Counted from the first letter of the stretch, positions 26,661 through 41,845 are shown. The stretch: 64,000 bases of DNA from Eledone cirrhosa (GCA_964016885.1 OZ024740.1:263128001-263192000); one strand, 5' to 3'. Made by a program: numbers and translations. The notes: a model not told the origin generated them from the letters alone.

Positions 26661-29348
26661 CTAATGGGTACAATTTGTACTACTAGAACGTTTGGGTTTA
26701 TAATAAAAGTAAGAATTAGAAATAGCGTGGAGGTAAGAAGAGAATATCTCAGACTTTCTATTAAGTAAGGATACGCTAGAGAAAATTATAGAGTGTGTCT
26801 CAAGGATACAGAGATTACAAAATTTAGTATGTGTAGAAAGGTGGTTAGAGCGTGCTACTAAACGCCAGTTAAGGCTATATGGTATATAAGCTCCCTTAAG
26901 ATCCCAGATATAATGTGCTAAAGAAGTAGAATTCTTAAACTTAACATGTTTGAAGTTAGAGATATGAGAGTTAAACCTAGTCTTAAAAGTGTTTGAAGTA
27001 GATCCTATATAAGTTCTATTAGAGGAATTAGTTATAACTTCGCAAGCGTAGACAATGTTCTTAGAAAGGCAGTTACCGTTTAAAGGGCAGTTAGCACTCA
27101 CTCTACAATTGCACTTCCGGGTGTTATTGGTTGGTTCGAGTGGTGATGTATTACACGTAGGATTTCTATTAGATAAGGACTGTTCTGGTGGTAAAGCATT
27201 GTCAGATCTGTTCAGACTAGTAGTAGGTAGAGAGGAGAATCCATCCCTAATTTTCCTATTATTAGTGCTAGCTAAATGAGAACTAATATTAGGGGTGGTA
27301 GAGAATGAGAGTTTAATAACATTTTTATTAAAAATACTATGGTATTTATGAGAAGGGGGGAAATTTTTCTCTAAGATAGTGAAGAAAGACCTAGGGATAT
27401 TAGTTGATACATCCTGATTATATGGCGGGTTAAAATAAGTATTTAATCGCCTTCTATTTTTATTCTTACCGACCCTACCTTTATTAAATGTCCCACCATC
27501 GAGACTAGGGTTACTACAAGGATTAGTTAAAGCCACATTCATAGAATCAGCCATAATTTCGTTATCTCTATTATAGTTTCTACCTCCAGTAGATCTGCTT
27601 CTGTCCGGAATCCCTTCAAAAGGATTAGGGCCAATGATAGGATCAGTAGGAGCAACATTATTAGAATAAGATCCAGCAAAACCATCACCAATGTGTGAGC
27701 GCACAGGGGTTTCAACTTGTTTCCTAGAGGTATTATATTTGCTATTACGAGTCAGGTGGGTTAACTTATGGATGGGTTCGGATACACCTATATAATTTTT
27801 ACGGTTACTATATTTGCTACTCCCATTCATGGCCATGTTATGTGATATTATGTTATTATTGTTAAAAGTAAGCGGAGACTTTCTAAGGTTACTATTATTA
27901 TAATGTATTTTACTAGAGTAACCTGAATTTGCTAGGGCATTATTGTAGTACTCCGCATGTTCATTAAATGTTCCTATGTCCTTAGAGAGTGTGGAAATCC
28001 TATTAGGTACACCCTTAATTATAGAGCTTATCATAGACTTAGGGTGGTTAGAATTGGGGCTAACATAAGAAAGAATTTCATTAGGCTTATGGAAGGGTTT
28101 AAAACTATTAGTGACCAAGTCCAAAGTCACATCTAAAAAGTTAACCGCTCTATCATTTCTATCTATCGTGATCGAAAGGTTGTAGCTTTTAAAAAACTTA
28201 TAAAGCTTCTTCTTATTATGTTCTACATTGTTGGTGCTAGAGTTAATTACAAACAATGCATCATCACGATATAGTCCGCCTATAAGGTGCGGGAAGGTAG
28301 CGTATAGTTCATTAAGGAGGAACAACCCAACAAGATCAGTAACCTGGGCCGAATCACTCGAACCCATTGTAACGTCGAAATTATTGGGCGTGCTTTTACG
28401 GGTCCAAAATGTGTCCTCAAATTTAATAATAGTTTTACGGGCTGCTAGTATAATATCTACCTGTGATCGTGTAAGGCTGGACACTCTCATGGCCAACATT
28501 AAAGCTTTATTGAGGAGGATGGGTGAAATTGATGTGTAGTAGGCATCAATATCGAATTGGATAAACTTATTAGATTCAAGTCTATTAATCCCAGAGAACC
28601 AATCTATAACTTCCCTAGTGTTCCCCCATAGGTTAAAATTAACCTTATCCCTAACATCTGGTATAATAAGGTCAAGGATTTTTTTACTGATAATGGCTAT
28701 ATCAGACTTAGAAGGACAGATGAGTCTAACAGAGGGGTTACTAATAAAATCAACCTTATGATCCTTAAGTGTGAAAGTCGGTTCTTGAGGGTAATATGGC
28801 TGGGTATACTTATCGAGGCCGAGGTCAGAGACTATTCTAAGGCCCTCACTATTGATGTGGTTCAAATTCTCAAGCGTAGTTTTTTTATAGTTTCTATATA
28901 ACTCCTTATAAATAAAGTCGCGGTAAGCACTATAGTCCATGGAGTATAGATTCTTAGTCTTATCTGCCGGGACAAGAATGGACTTATTCTCACCGAAACC
29001 CTTAACAATATTTTTAAGTCTGGACTGGAACCTATCAACGTTATTATAATTTCTATGTCTATTATTTGGCCTATACCTAATATTTTTGACCAGAGAGAGT
29101 AAGTCACTTTCAAAACTATCTAATAGAATATTGTGTGGTGGGCTCTTATAAGTTTTGAAGCCGTAGTTATTAAAATTTGTTCTATTCCTGTGGTCCTTCC
29201 TATCCTTATTATTATCGTAGTGGAAAGCACGCCATCTAATCCTTTTTACAAAGGAGTTAACACTAGCTATCAATAGTTTTTCGTAAGTATTCTTAGAGGG
29301 GGTGGGAATATTCTTCAGAGATAAAGGCAGGTAACTCTTTGTTAGCAT
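26661..29348 (-). CDS. PLE polyprotein: reverse transcriptase + C-terminal GIY-YIG endonuclease (895 aa)
   Basis: Uninterrupted ORF; ADKT, FDIDAYYTSI, TMGSSDSAQ, LYRDD, FLDVTL, SNHP, YFNPPY, CNCR..CPL.G.CL, IVY...YIGST..FKTRF..H, CNLC..E. Clearly homologous to PLE1. Confidence 0.93.
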   Translation of the reverse strand: MLTKSYLPLSLKNIPTPSKNTYEKLLIASVNSFVKRIRWRAFHYDNNKDRKDHRNRTNFNNYGFKTYKSPPHNILLDSFESDLLSLVKNIRYRPNNRHRNYNNVDRFQSRLKNIVKGFGENKSILVPADKTKNLYSMDYSAYRDFIYKELYRNYKKTTLENLNHINSEGLRIVSDLGLDKYTQPYYPQEPTFTLKDHKVDFISNPSVRLICPSKSDIAIISKKILDLIIPDVRDKVNFNLWGNTREVIDWFSGINRLESNKFIQFDIDAYYTSISPILLNKALMLAMRVSSLTRSQVDIILAARKTIIKFEDTFWTRKSTPNNFDVTMGSSDSAQVTDLVGLFLLNELYATFPHLIGGLYRDDALFVINSSTNNVEHNKKKLYKFFKSYNLSITIDRNDRAVNFLDVTLDLVTNSFKPFHKPNEILSYVSPNSNHPKSMISSIIKGVPNRISTLSKDIGTFNEHAEYYNNALANSGYSSKIHYNNSNLRKSPLTFNNNNIISHNMAMNGSSKYSNRKNYIGVSEPIHKLTHLTRNSKYNTSRKQVETPVRSHIGDGFAGSYSNNVAPTDPIIGPNPFEGIPDRSRSTGGRNYNRDNEIMADSMNVALTNPCSNPSLDGGTFNKGRVGKNKNRRRLNTYFNPPYNQDVSTNIPRSFFTILEKNFPPSHKYHSIFNKNVIKLSFSTTPNISSHLASTNNRKIRDGFSSLPTTSLNRSDNALPPEQSLSNRNPTCNTSPLEPTNNTRKCNCRVSANCPLNGNCLSKNIVYACEVITNSSNRTYIGSTSNTFKTRFNSHISNFKHVKFKNSTSLAHYIWDLKGAYIPYSLNWRLVARSNHLSTHTKFCNLCILETHSIIFSSVSLLNRKSEIFSSYLHAISNSYFYYKPKRSSSTNCTH

Positions 29349-30065
29349 ACTGTCAGATAAATATATATAAAGGCCAAAATACCAGTATATATGTGAGTAA
29401 GCTCAACCGGTCGGGAGCAGTGACAAGGATTAAAATACCGGAGCGTGTTGGAGTTAAACACCCTCTTCGTATTATAGAAATGACAGTAAAAGGTATAGCT
29501 CAATGCAGTTAAACAGAGCCGAAAAATTAAGAGAGTAAAACAAACAAGCCTTTAATACATCAAAAGTTTTTATTAGCCGACAATGTTTCGTCCTATTAAG
29601 GACTCATCAGGGCAATTAAAACAACAAGAAGTAATATCGGCAGATACAAGCCGGAAGCTCCGAAGAATATGGAGTGTACATACACTAAAGTCTTGCAAAA
29701 ATATATAATAGAAATAATAAAAATATATAATAAGAATAACTAAGGATGTATATAACATTAAGAACCATATTACAAATATAGTCCAAAGCAAATAACCTAG
29801 AGCTAAACAAAGGTGGTTATATAGAGCAAGAATTATATATAACACAATGTAATATAATATAATAAATTATAATAATATACCTTTACCAACATTAAAATAA
29901 AAATCAAAATCAAAAGGTACAATATGCACATGTATATATGTGCGCACACGTACACACACACACACATACAACAATACGCACATGTATCTTCAACTACACA
30001 AATTAAACCTTATTAGGAGTTTGAATATAAAAATAAGCATGATAAGAGTGAAAATAATAATAATA

Positions 30066-30244
30066 ATTGTTTCTACTTTTGGCACAAGGCCAGCAATTAC
30101 CCAGTGTATTACTGGTACTTTATTTTATCGACCCCGTAAGGATGAAAGGCAAAGTTAACCTCGGCGGGATTTGAACTCAGAATGGCAAGGGCCGTAACTC
30201 TATGCGTCAAAGCATGGCGTCCGACCATCTACCGATACTGCCAA
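30066..30244 (-). mobile_element. Nin/Deu-domain SINE inserted in the (AAT)n of the 5' pLTR of PLE3
   Basis: Same family as 15505-16470; absent from the 3' pLTR (~25272-25287). Confidence 0.85.
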
Positions 30245-30753
30245 ATAATAATAATAATACCAATACATCTACCCAATATACATGAGGTAATGAATATGAT
30301 ATAATTACAAGAAAAACATATAATAAATAATAAACAATAAAATTATATAATTCAATATAATAGATAATCCCCGGTTAATTTACACAAACAATATAGATGT
30401 CAAAATAATAATATAATAATAATATATATTAACAATGTACTAACTTTTACAATAAACAATATATACAAATCGATTCATAGTGGGTTACAGAGTAAATGAG
30501 GAAAAATAAATTATACAATACTCAAAAAACATTATCTGCCGATATTACTTCTTGTTGTTTTAATTGCCCTGATGAGTCCTTAATAGGACGAATCATTGTC
30601 GGCTAATAAAAACTTTTGATGTATTAAAGGCTTCTTTGTTTTACTCTCTTAATTTTTCGGCTCTGTTTAACTGCATTGAGCTATACCTTTTACTGTCATT
30701 TCTATAATACGAAGATGGTGTTTAACTCCAACACGCTCCGGTATTTTAATCCT

Positions 30754-30805
<52 letters not shown>

Positions 30806-30879
30806 GTATATACATATATATACATATATTTATATATATAAATATATATATATGATATATATACATATATATATATTAT

Positions 30880-31112
<233 letters not shown>

Positions 31113-31323
31113 ATATATATATAATTATAAAATGTGGAGAAGGAGCACACAAGTTGGAATATATATATATATAAGTAAATAGGGAGAAGAAGAGGATTAT
31201 TAGAAAGAAACATATTTTTTTTCCTTTTATCTTTTTCTCTTTTTTCTGGGTTAGAAAATGTTTAAAACAAAATATTTTACTTTGTGTGAAGTGGTAAGTT
31301 ATTAGTTAATGTATTTATTAATT

Positions 31324-31461
<138 letters not shown>

Positions 31462-31712
31462 ATATTGTTATAGAGAACATAGAAATGAAAATAGAATCTA
31501 CACACAGAAAAGACGCAATGTTTAGACAAATCACATAGGCATGTGTGACGAAAGAACTTTGACAATATATGAACAATCGTCTGGTTGTGGAACCAATCAA
31601 ACCAACCGGAAATTTATAAATTCTTAAATTTATAAATTTCATTTATAATAAATTGGAGTGAAAGCAACTGCTGCGTGTGTTTCCTATTGGCAACATGACC
31701 CTCCCAACGCAT

Positions 31713-31752
<40 letters not shown>

Positions 31753-32647
31753 TAGAAATATAAGCTTTCACCGTATTTTTGACTAAAGAAATTTTTAGCC
31801 TGATAGTGGGGTTTAGAACCCTCAGAGAAAATGGAAAAAGATGAGTATTGACGTATATTGGAGTCGAACCCACATCTTTGGTTATCCAGACCACTGTGCT
31901 ACCATTACACCAACACATCACCCATCTCCTTTCATTCTAATTAGAAGCTACATTCTTAGCAAGTAAATGACAAGTAAGTATGTTATGAAACAGTGAGCGA
32001 GTTTAAAATTCGAAATATAAGCTTCCACCGTATTTTTGACTAAATACATGTTTAGCATGGTAGTGGGGTTTACTTGCTAATAATGTAGCTTCTAATTTGA
32101 ATGGAAGAAGATGGATGATGTGTTAGTGTAATGGTAGCACAGTGGGCTGGGTAACCAAAGATGTGTGTTCGACTACCATGTACGTCAATACTTATCTTTT
32201 TCCATTTTCTCTGAGGATTCTAAAGCCCACTATCAGGCTAAAAATTTCTTTACTAAAAAATACGGTGAAAGCTTATATGTCTAATTTCTTCTCGTTCTTT
32301 GATATTCCCTGACAGATACATTTAAGGAGTGTATGTTGCAGTTAATATACATCTAGAGATTTGAAGATGCGTGGCGTAGTAATAAATATTTTCGGCTGAC
32401 GATCTTAAGATTGTGTGTTTGATTCCAGTAAGCACGTTATGTCTTTGAGCAAGATATCTCATTGCACATTATTCTAGTTCATTCAGCTGGCATGAGATAA
32501 GTTGCCCATGAAATTCAAGAAGACAGCTTTGTCACCCACAATTTCAAGCTGAATCTCGGGAACGAAATTAGAGCTACCTGTGTCTCTTGAATGCCCAGGC
32601 ACTTACCAGTAAATTTCCTGAGCAGGCAGTTCTGTTGATTGATTGAT

Positions 32648-32702
<55 letters not shown>

Positions 32703-33090
32703 CAGCTCGTGTGCTCCTTCTCCAAATTTTATAAATATATATATATATATATATATGAGATTCTACAGGACTACAACTGTTTCATTCTTTAGAAATCATC
32801 AGGAATCTGGCTTTCTAAAAATAAATATATATATATATATAATAATAAAGTATATATCCCTACAAGCGTCCATGGACACATGTATTGTCCAACCATATGC
32901 CATTGCGGTTCAATGGCAGGTTAATAAATTAACGCGCCAGAAAATATATAATCAAGGTTTAGCAAAAAAGAAAAAGTTTCAAAATAAATTTCAAAAAATT
33001 CACTGTACTCACTATGGTTACGTTTACCGAATCGGTTTCGAGTCTCAAAAATAAATGGACAGTCCTTACGGCCTTCCATTTAAAAGCTAA

Positions 33091-33154
<64 letters not shown>

Positions 33155-33322
33155 ATATATGTGTATATGTTATATATATATTCATATATATATATTAGCC
33201 GTCGAAACGGCTTGAGCTCAGCTGTCGGGGTCTTACTGGTTCCTATTACCCACTCTACTACCTCAAGTATTGAGTACTTTGGTGCGTTATGGTCCACCTG
33301 GTTCCTTACCACATTTCCTTCG

Positions 33323-33392
<70 letters not shown>

Positions 33393-33481
33393 TTACATAT
33401 ATAATATATACATATATACATATATATACTTATATTTATATATATAAATATATATATATATAATATACATATATATATATA

Positions 33482-33580
<99 letters not shown>

Positions 33581-35058
33581 TATCTATATATATATATATA
33601 TACATATGTATATATATACAATTATAAAATGTGGAGAAGGAGCACACAAGTTGGAATATATATATATAAGTAAATAGGGAGAAAAAGACGATTATTAGGA
33701 CGAAACATATTTTTTTTCCTTTTATCTTTTTATCTTTTTTCTGGGTTAGAAAATGTTTAAAACAAAATATTTTACTTTGTGTAAAGTGTTAAGGTATTAG
33801 TTAATTTATTTATTAATTAACAATATATATATATATATATTGTTACATTGTTATAGAGAACATAGAAATGAAAATAGAATCTACACACAGAAAAGACGCA
33901 ATGTTTAGACAAATCACATAGGCATGTGTGACGAAAGAACTTTGACAAAATCACATAGAATGTGTGACGAAAGAACTTTGACAATATATGAACAATCGTC
34001 TGGTTGTGGAACCAACCAAACAAACCGGATATTTATAAATTCTTAAATTTATAAATTTCATTTATAATAAATTGGAGTGAAGGCAACTGGTGCGTGTGTT
34101 TCCTATTGGCAACATGACCCTCCCAAAGCATAACACTATATATATATATATATATATATATACATTAGAAATATAAGCTTTCAGCATATTTTTGACTAAA
34201 GAATTTTTTAGCCTGATAGTGGGGTTTAGAACCCTCTGAGAAAATGGAAAAAGATGACTATTGACGTATATTGGAGTCGAACCCACATCTTTGGTTATCC
34301 AGACCACTGTGCTACCATTACACCAACACATCACCCATCTCCTTTCATTCTAATTAGAAGCTACATTCTTAGCAAGTAAATTACAAGTAAGTATCTTATG
34401 AAACAGTGAGCGAGTTTAAAATTCGAAATATAAGCTTTCACCGTATTTTTGACTAAATAAATGTTAAGCATGGTAGTGGGGTTTACTTGCTAATAATGTA
34501 GCTTCTAATTTGAATGGAAGAAGATGGGTGATGTGTTAGTGTAATGGTAGCACAGTGGGTTGGGTAACCAAAGATGTGTGTTCGACTCCCATGTACGTCA
34601 ATACTTATCTTTTTCCATTTTCTCTGAGGATTCTAAACCCCACTATCAGGCTAAAAATGTATTTAGTCAAAAATACGGTGAAAGCTTATATGTCTAATTT
34701 CTTCTCGTTCTTTGATAATCCCTGACAGATACATTTAAGGAGTGTATGTTGCAGTTAATATACATCTAGAGATTTGAAGATGCGTGGCGTAGTAATAAAT
34801 ATATTCGGCTGACGATCTTAAGATTGTGTGTTTGATTCCAGTAAGCACGTTATGTCTTTGAGCAAGATATCTCATTGCACATTATTCTAGTTCATTCAGC
34901 TGGCATGAGATAAGTTGCCCATGAAATTCAAGAAGACAGCTTTGTCACCCACAATTTCAAGCTGATCTCGGGAACGAAATTAGAGCTACCTGTGTCTCTT
35001 AAATGCCCAGGCACTTACCAGTAAATTTCATGAGCAGGCAGTTCTGTTGATTGATTGA

Positions 35059-35098
<40 letters not shown>

Positions 35099-35127
35099 CA
35101 GCTCGTGTGCTCCTTCTCCAAATTTTA

Positions 35128-35182
<55 letters not shown>

Positions 35183-36005
35183 TTCTACAGGACTACAACT
35201 GTTTCATTCTTTAGAAATCATCAGGAATCTGGCTTACTAAAAATAAATATATATATATATATAATAATAAAGTATATATCCCTACAAGCGTCCAGGGACA
35301 CATGTAATGTCCAATCATATGCCATTGTGGTTGAATGGCTGGTTAATAAATTAACGAGCCAGAACATATATAATCAAGGTTTAGCAAAAAAGAAAAAGTT
35401 TCGAAATAAATTTCAAAAAATTCACTGTACTCACTATGGTTACGTTTACCGAATCGGTTTCGAGCCTCAAAAATAAATGGACAGTCATTGCGGCCTTCCA
35501 TTGAAAAGATAAACTCTCTTCAGAAGGTTCTTTTCACTCGGAAAATATAAAATTCCCGAGTTCAAATTACGAACTGGCGCTACTTAAAATTTTTCCCGAG
35601 ATGAGAATGAATGATGTGGAAGCAATTCTGTCCAGTGCCGTGTGTAAAGACAGAAGTAGAGGCAGGGAGATCAGTCTACTACCACTATAAATAGCAGCAG
35701 TCAAAACGACCAAATTTTATCTCGACCAAGAGGAGGATAATAATAATAAAGTATATATCACTACACGCAAAAAGCGTCCAGGGACACATGTATTGTCCAA
35801 CCATATGCCAATGTGGTTCAATGGCAGTTTAATAAGTTAAGGAGCCAAAACATATATAAACAAGGTTTAGCAAATAAGAAAAAGTTTCAAAATAAATTTC
35901 AAAAGATTCACTGTTCTCACTATGGTTACCTTTACCGAATCGGTTTCGAGTCACAAAAATAAATGGACAGTCCTTACGGCCTTCCATTGAAAAGATAAAT
36001 AAATA

Positions 36006-36131
<126 letters not shown>

Positions 36132-36176
36132 CATATATATAAGCATGTATATATATGTATATATGTTATATATATA

Positions 36177-36273
<97 letters not shown>

Positions 36274-36310
36274 TATATACATATATATATATATATTTAT
36301 ATATATAAAT

Positions 36311-36413
<103 letters not shown>

Positions 36414-37885
36414 TATATATATTATATATATAAATATATGTATATATTTACAATTATAAAATGTGGAGAAGGAGCACATAAGTTGGAATATATATATATA
36501 AGTAAATAGGGAGAAAAAGACGATTATTAGAAAGAAACATTTTTTTTTTCCTTTTATTTTTTTCTCTTTTTTCTGGGTTAGAAAATGTTTAAAACAAAAT
36601 ATTTTACTTTGTGTGAAGTGTTAAGGTATTAGTTAATTTATTTATTAATTAACAATATATATATATATATATATTGTTATATTGTTATAGAGAACATAGA
36701 AATGAAAATAGAATCTACACACAGAAAAAACGCAATGTTTAGACAAATCACATAGGCATGTGTGACGAAAGAAATTTGACAAAATCACATAGAATGTGTG
36801 ACGAAAGAACTTTGACAATATATGAACAATCGTCTGGTTGTGGAACCAACCAAACCAACCGGAAATTTATAAATTCTTAAATTTATAATTTTAATTTATA
36901 ATAAATTGGAGTGAAGGCAACTGGTGCGTGTGTTTCCTATTAGCAACATGACCCTCCCAAAGCATAACACTATATATATATATATAAATATATATATATA
37001 AATTAGAAATATAAGCTTTCACCGTATTTTTGACTAAAGGCATTTTTAGCCTGATGGTGGGGTTCAGAACCCTCTGAGAAAATGGAAAAAGATGAGTATT
37101 GACGTATATTGGAGTCGAACCCACATCTTTGGTTATCCATACCACTGTGCTACCATTACACCAACACATCACCCATCTCCTTTCATTCTAATTAGAAGCT
37201 ACATTCTTAGCAAGTAAATTACAAGTAAGTATGTTATGAAACAGTGAGCGAGTTTAAAATTCGAAATATAAGCTTTCACCGTATTTTTGACTAAATACAT
37301 GTTTAGCATGATAGTGGGGTTTACTTGCTAATAATGTAGCTTCTAATTTGAATGGAAGAAGATGGGTGATGTGTTAGTGTAATGGTAGCACAGTGGGCTG
37401 AGTAACCAAAGATGTGTGTTGTACGTCAATACTTATCTTTTTCCATTTTCTCTGAGGGTTCAAAACCCCACTATCAGGCTAAACATTTCTTTAATAAAAA
37501 ATACGGTGAAAGCTTATATATCTAAGTTCTTCTCGTTCTTTGATATTCCCTGACAGATACATTTAAGGAGTGTATGTTGCAGTTAATATACATCTAGAGA
37601 TTTGAAGATGCGTGGCATCGTAATAAATATTTTCGGCTGACGATAATAAGATTGTGTTTGATTTCAGTAAGCACGTTATGTCTTTGAGCAAGATATCTCA
37701 TTGCACATTATTCTAGTTCATTCAGCTGGCATGAGATAAGTTGCCCATGAAATTCAAGAAGACAGCTTTGTCACCCACAATTTCAAGCTGAATCTCGGGA
37801 ACGAAATTAGAGCTACCCGTGTCTCTTCAATGTCCAGGCACTTACCAGTAAATTTCATGAGCAGGCAGTTCTGTTGATTGATTGA

Positions 37886-37943
<58 letters not shown>

Positions 37944-38096
37944 ATATATATATATACAAATGAATATATAAGAGGGATGAACACTGATACAAGTGTACAT
38001 GTGTTCGAACTGCAAATGACCAAGTTAGCTAGGTTGAAAAATACTAATTTAAAATAATATGGTTTGCCTGTCTCGATTTAAAATAATAAATCAATA

Positions 38097-38177
<81 letters not shown>

Positions 38178-38189
38178 ATATATATATAT

Positions 38190-38295
38190 AAAGTACCAGT
38201 CTCGCACTGGAGACGATTTAATCGTGTTTCCCCTCACCCAAATTACTGGCCTTGTGCCTATATAAGAAGCCATTATTATTATTATTATTATTATT
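38190..38295 (+). mobile_element. 3' fragment of the same SINE family with an (ATT)n tail
   Basis: AAAGTACCAGT...AATTACTGGCCTTGTGCCTAT...ATTATTATT. Confidence 0.65.
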
Positions 38296-41200
38296 TTTCT
38301 TTGACTCTCATTCATTGATGTTATTTAACTGGAAAGTTTGTTGAATTGAATATCAACCCACTACCTGCAACCTCAGACATTCAGGACGTATCGGAGTGTT
38401 ATTGCTGTTCCCAGCAAGCATGCCTTTTGAAGTGTTCCAAAAAGCGGGGCTGGACTAATCTTCTTTAACCATCCTTGGAAACTCTTTGAGATAGTACCTA
38501 GTACTCCTATGACAATCGGGACAACCTTGATATCATGGCGGTTCCAAATCCTTTTAAACTCCCACTTTAAGTCCTGGTATCTGTTAATCTCCTCCCACTC
38601 CTTTTCTTGCACTCTCGTGTCAAATAGGCAGGCCACATCTACAATCAGGCACGATCTTTTTTTCTTGTCCAAAACCACCAGGTCAGCCTATTGTGTTCTA
38701 ATTTCTTGTCCGTCTGTATCCTGAAATCCCATAGCACCTTTAATCCATCTTTCTCTACCACTGACTCTGTTTTATGCTCATACCACTTCTCAGAATGTGG
38801 TAAATTGTTTACTTTGCATAGGTGCCAGTGGATCACCCTGCCTATCACATCATGTCTCCAGCCTTTATAGTGAGTCTGGGCTAGGTGTTTCCACTCGGAT
38901 ACAATGTGAGCCACAGTCGCTTCTCTCTCTCCACAGATCCTACACAGTGAGCTAGCCTCCTCCTTGTCAATATGGTGTTTCACCCACTTCGTTCTGAGGG
39001 CTTGCTCTTGCGCATCCAGTAGCATGCCTTCTGTACCTTTTTTAAGGGCTCCTCTTTTTAACCAGTTCCATGCCTGTTGTTCTCTGAATTCCGTTTTTTT
39101 AAAGAAGGTGCTTTTGATGAAGGTTCCTCTTCCTCCTTGTTGTTATTTCCTCCTTGGACTATTTTCTTCTCCTTCAATACAATTTTGAGCATTGGCTCCC
39201 TACTGTCAGCCACATATTTTTGCAGGTTGTTTTTCCCCATCTACACACAGTCCTCTATGCTGATAAGACCTTTTCCACCTTCAGATCTCTTTACGTAGAG
39301 CCTATCAACATCACTCATCTTGTGGAACATGTTGTAGATAGTCATTAGCTTCCTAGTCTTCTTATCCGTTTCTTTTTGTTCAACAACATTCCATTTCAGA
39401 ATTCCTGCACTGTACCTAATAATAGACACAGCTCGGGAATTTACTGCACTTATGACATTCCTACTATTTAGATGTGATTTTAATATTTTCCTTACTCTCC
39501 TTATGTATTCAGATCTTAGCAATTCCTTAATTTTTTTGTTCTGCCTCCAGAACATCTAAATATTTGTATCCCCCCAGTGTCAATTCCCTTTATCATCTCA
39601 CCTGTTGGTACCTGCATTCCGTTGCTTCTGCTCAATTTACCCCCTCTTCATCACTAGGACTCCACACTTATTAACACCAAAATCCATACATATATCATTG
39701 CTGAAAATACGGACAGTGTCAACAAGTACATCCAACTCCTCACTCTTCCCAAAGAGTTTAAGATCGTCAATGAAGAGGAGGTGGTTGATGGAAAGCTCTC
39801 CTCTTCTCAACTTGTATCCTGCTCTCACTTTTCGCAATATGACGGACAGCATATCAGGGCAATGACATCAACAAAGGGGACAAACTATCTCCCTGGAAGA
39901 TATCTTCACGCCTTCCAAGGATTCTCCACCTGATGTTAACTCTGTTTCCCAAGACTTCATACTTTTGCTTAATAGCTGTCTGATTTTATCTTCCACCCTG
40001 AAGATCTCTTGGCTTTTGGTTATCCAAGAATGAGGAACCATGTCGAATGCCTTTTTGTAATCTAACCATCCCATGGCAAGACCAGTGTGTCTCCTCTTGC
40101 AATTCCTCATTACCATCTTATCAATACGTAACTGCTCCTTTGTACCACAGGACTTCTTTCGGCATCCTTTCTGTTCGTCCGGTAACAAGTTGTTTATGTG
40201 GAGGTGATACTAGATTTCCTCAGACAATGCTTGTTAACAGTTTCCACATTACGGACAGACATGTGATAAGCCTATATTTGGTAACATCATTACCCGTGAT
40301 TCGGTCTTATTTTACCAGAACTGTGTTACCTTTTTTGTGTCAACCACTCTGGTACTTCACCCTACATCAAGCAGTCATTGAACATAGTTGTCAGTTTTGG
40401 GTGGAGGAATGTTATATGTTTAATCCAATACCCGTGCATACCATCTAGGCCTGGCGATTTCCAGTTGGTTAGTTTTTTGGCCTGTCCTTTAAGAGTTTTA
40501 ACTGTGATACTCAAATCAGGTTGTTGGTGCGCTTGTTCACTAATCTCCCTTTGAACTGTCTCAATCCACACTAACTGACTATTATGTTCAAAATCCTGCT
40601 CCCATATTCCTCTCCAGAATGTCTTAGTCTGTTCCGCCTCAGGGACCACGTCGTACCCCTTTCTTTCCCTTCAAGCTGTTCAAACAACATCTTCCGGTTG
40701 TTGTCAAACATACGGTTCTGTCTATACTGACTGACTCTGTTCTCATATAGCCTAATCTTCGCACTTTTTGCTAAAATGCGCTGCTTCAATTCCATATGAT
40801 AATATTTAGCTCTTTCCCCCTAGTTTTGTATTTTATTTTCAATCTATTTTTAGTGTCTATGTTCTGTAATGTCCCATTCAGTAAAGACTCAAGCTTACCG
40901 ATGTCTTTTTTCATTTCCTTGATTTGTCCATTCAGTCGTTTATTCCAACTAGGTTCTCATCTTTCTAGTCTGTTGTTTCCTCTCGTTTTTATGCCAAGTA
41001 ATTTCCTCACCGTATTTGCGGTTGATTTGATGATATTGTTACATTGGTGAAGGTTTCTCGTCTCAAGGTATGGGATGACCTTGTTTACCTTAGGTGTTGT
41101 TTCTTTTAACTTTTTCCTGTCAACAAATCTTAGGTTCATAGGTTTTCCACTATCATTGTTCATTTCATCTACCACTAAGTTCAGGATATCAACCAAATCT

Positions 41201-41845
41201 TGTCCTAGCCCGTCAGCATTCATTTCCTCAATGGCCGTATCTTTGTTCAGGTGTTATATATTTCAGCATTCGGATCATTGTCTGCTTCGGATGCTCCCTC
41301 CGTTCTCTCAACCTCTTCGCCTTCATCTCCCACTGGCTCGTTTGTCTGATGTACTCCACTCTCTATTTCCAACTTAATCTCTCTGCTCAGTTCCTCAATT
41401 TCCAACACGCTTATCCATCCATTAGTTCTTATTACCCAAGCCTGCCCGGCCAATTTTTGTTCACCTAATTTAAATAGACCAATCTCGTTCCAGATGTTCT
41501 TTTTCCATGGGATTACTCTTCAGATAACATTTCATGACAGTTCTAGTCAATTCTTTCGTCCAGTTGGTTCTTGTCCCATTACTTCTTCTTCCCCCAATAC
41601 CAGCAGTATTTGGATGATAGCCAGGTCCCTGCTGCTGGGCCAGGGATCTCTTGCTGGGTGAGAGTCTTTCACTTGACGTTCCAGTCTCCTTTTCACCGTT
41701 ATTCGAAATGTTTATGTTCGACATTTAAACACTCATACCGAGGATTGGTGAATGTATCGTTACATAACCAACGATGATTTCACCACCACCGGTGATTTCA
41801 TCACCACCTGTGATTTTAGCGTGGTACCATCACGTTGTAGATGCA
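38296..41845 (-). mobile_element. Decayed R4/Dong-like non-LTR retrotransposon (RT + CCHC + restriction-like endonuclease)
   Basis: Fragments NWKSPGLDG, EQKGCRK, LDYKKAFDMVPH, HLLFIDDLKL, AQEQALRT, CRIC...TVAHIVS, WRHD, LWDFRIQTD, IVDVAC..EK...YQDL, VPIVIGVLG; 3' end runs into (TAA)n; many frameshifts. Confidence 0.88.

Larger units (their letters stand above)
24745..30753 (-). mobile_element. Penelope-like element 3, apparently intact, with direct pLTRs and an inverted 5' fragment, inserted in (TA)n
   Basis: Direct repeats ~24745-25560 and ~29526-30534; 30535-30753 is the reverse complement of ~29426-29644; (TA)n on both sides. Confidence 0.92.

Noticed and set aside
34620-34700. CTGAGGA...GAAAGCTTA downstream of the tRNA-like head
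   Set aside because: Stems I and II do not close, and other copies read CTGAGGG.
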